Origin: a virus
Length of the DNA: 59,165 bases
IMG/VR virus record: IMGVR_UViG_3300046838_000032
Location: 1-59,165 of that record
Strand: one strand, 5' to 3'
The translations under genes and the position numbers were made by a program. Shown one piece after another: positions 58,786 to 59,165 of this stretch (positions are counted from its first letter, which is position 1; the number at the start of each line of letters is the position of its first letter). The notes under the pieces are model-generated. The model worked only from the letters and a program-made list of their open reading frames with translations. It was not told where the DNA came from and ran no database searches.

Positions 58786-59165
58786 ATGTCAGCAAACACC
58801 TCACCTATTTTTGTTGCCACACCGCATATAGGTTCAGTACGGGTAAATACGGCGAACACCGCTCATGATGGCAGCGGTTCGCTGGCTACCATTATCACCG
58901 GAACTACCAATGGCACGCGCATAGATAAGATAGTTCTTTCGGCAACGAGCACGACCACTGCGGGGATGGTCAGGTTCTATATCGACGATCTGACAAACAT
59001 CCGATTCTGGAGAGAGGTGCCGGTGACTGCGGCGACGCCGAGCGGTACGGTGCAGCAGTTTACCTTTACGATCTTCTCGGCAGATTTGCAAAGCCCGCTC
59101 CTCGTCTTGCCGTCTACCTATATTCTGAAGTGCGCGCCGCACAATGCGGAGTCGTTTGACGTTAT
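58786..59165 (+). CDS. 5' part of the wrap-around virion gene (continues at 1..149)
   Basis: ATG 58786 follows AAGGGA. The frame is open to the window end. It is missing from the ORF track because no stop falls inside the window end. Confidence 0.65.
   Translation, partial: MSANTSPIFVATPHIGSVRVNTANTAHDGSGSLATIITGTTNGTRIDKIVLSATSTTTAGMVRFYIDDLTNIRFWREVPVTAATPSGTVQQFTFTIFSADLQSPLLVLPSTYILKCAPHNAESFDV
59039..59165. repeat. Terminal direct repeat, second copy of 1..127
   Basis: Identical to the window start. The window ends exactly at the repeat end. Confidence 0.95.

Overview
The window is a complete, circularly closed genome. Bases 1-127 are identical to 59039-59165, so the unique length is about 59,038 bp. 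It is GC-rich and looks like a temperate siphovirus-like phage, with no tail sheath gene seen. All family calls below come from reading motifs in the translated ORFs; no searches were run.

Layout:
- 37.5-59.1 kb, wrapping to 1-9.8 kb (+): packaging, head, tail and fibre genes. These include terS/terL, an HK97-type portal, a MuF-like protein, an S78 prohead protease, an HK97 capsid, connector proteins, the major tail protein, a frameshifted chaperone, an 895-aa tape measure, a hub, and many fibre or receptor-binding-like genes.
- 9.8-11.9 kb (+): lysis cassette with a GH25-like endolysin and several small membrane proteins.
- 12.0-24.2 kb (-): a block running from a CI-like repressor and tyrosine integrase down to a bidirectional terminator.
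- 24.3-37.5 kb (+): early genes. These include a Cro-like regulator, a C5 methyltransferase, an SLT transglycosylase, a single-strand annealing protein, an SPPY methyltransferase, RusA, a split DnaB-like helicase with an iteron cluster, a beta-helix protein and a ParB-methyltransferase fusion.

The main finding is that the minus-strand lysogeny block carries what looks like a minimal Gram-positive-type type IV secretion (conjugation) gene set. It comprises an NlpC/P60 hydrolase, a TrbL/VirB6-like protein, a VirB2-like protein, a PrgI-VirB4 fusion ATPase and a VirD4-type coupling protein fused to an HNH nuclease. Pro/Thr-rich surface proteins flank it, and I could not recognise a relaxase.

Other notable points:
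- four DNA methyltransferases;
- glycosyltransferase genes inside the head module;
- a protein made of about thirty 14-aa repeats;
- a 25-aa C-terminal peptide shared by two fibre-region genes with only synonymous differences;
- an in-frame TAG in a LamG-like gene;
- tandem paralogs;
- several repeated regulatory motifs.
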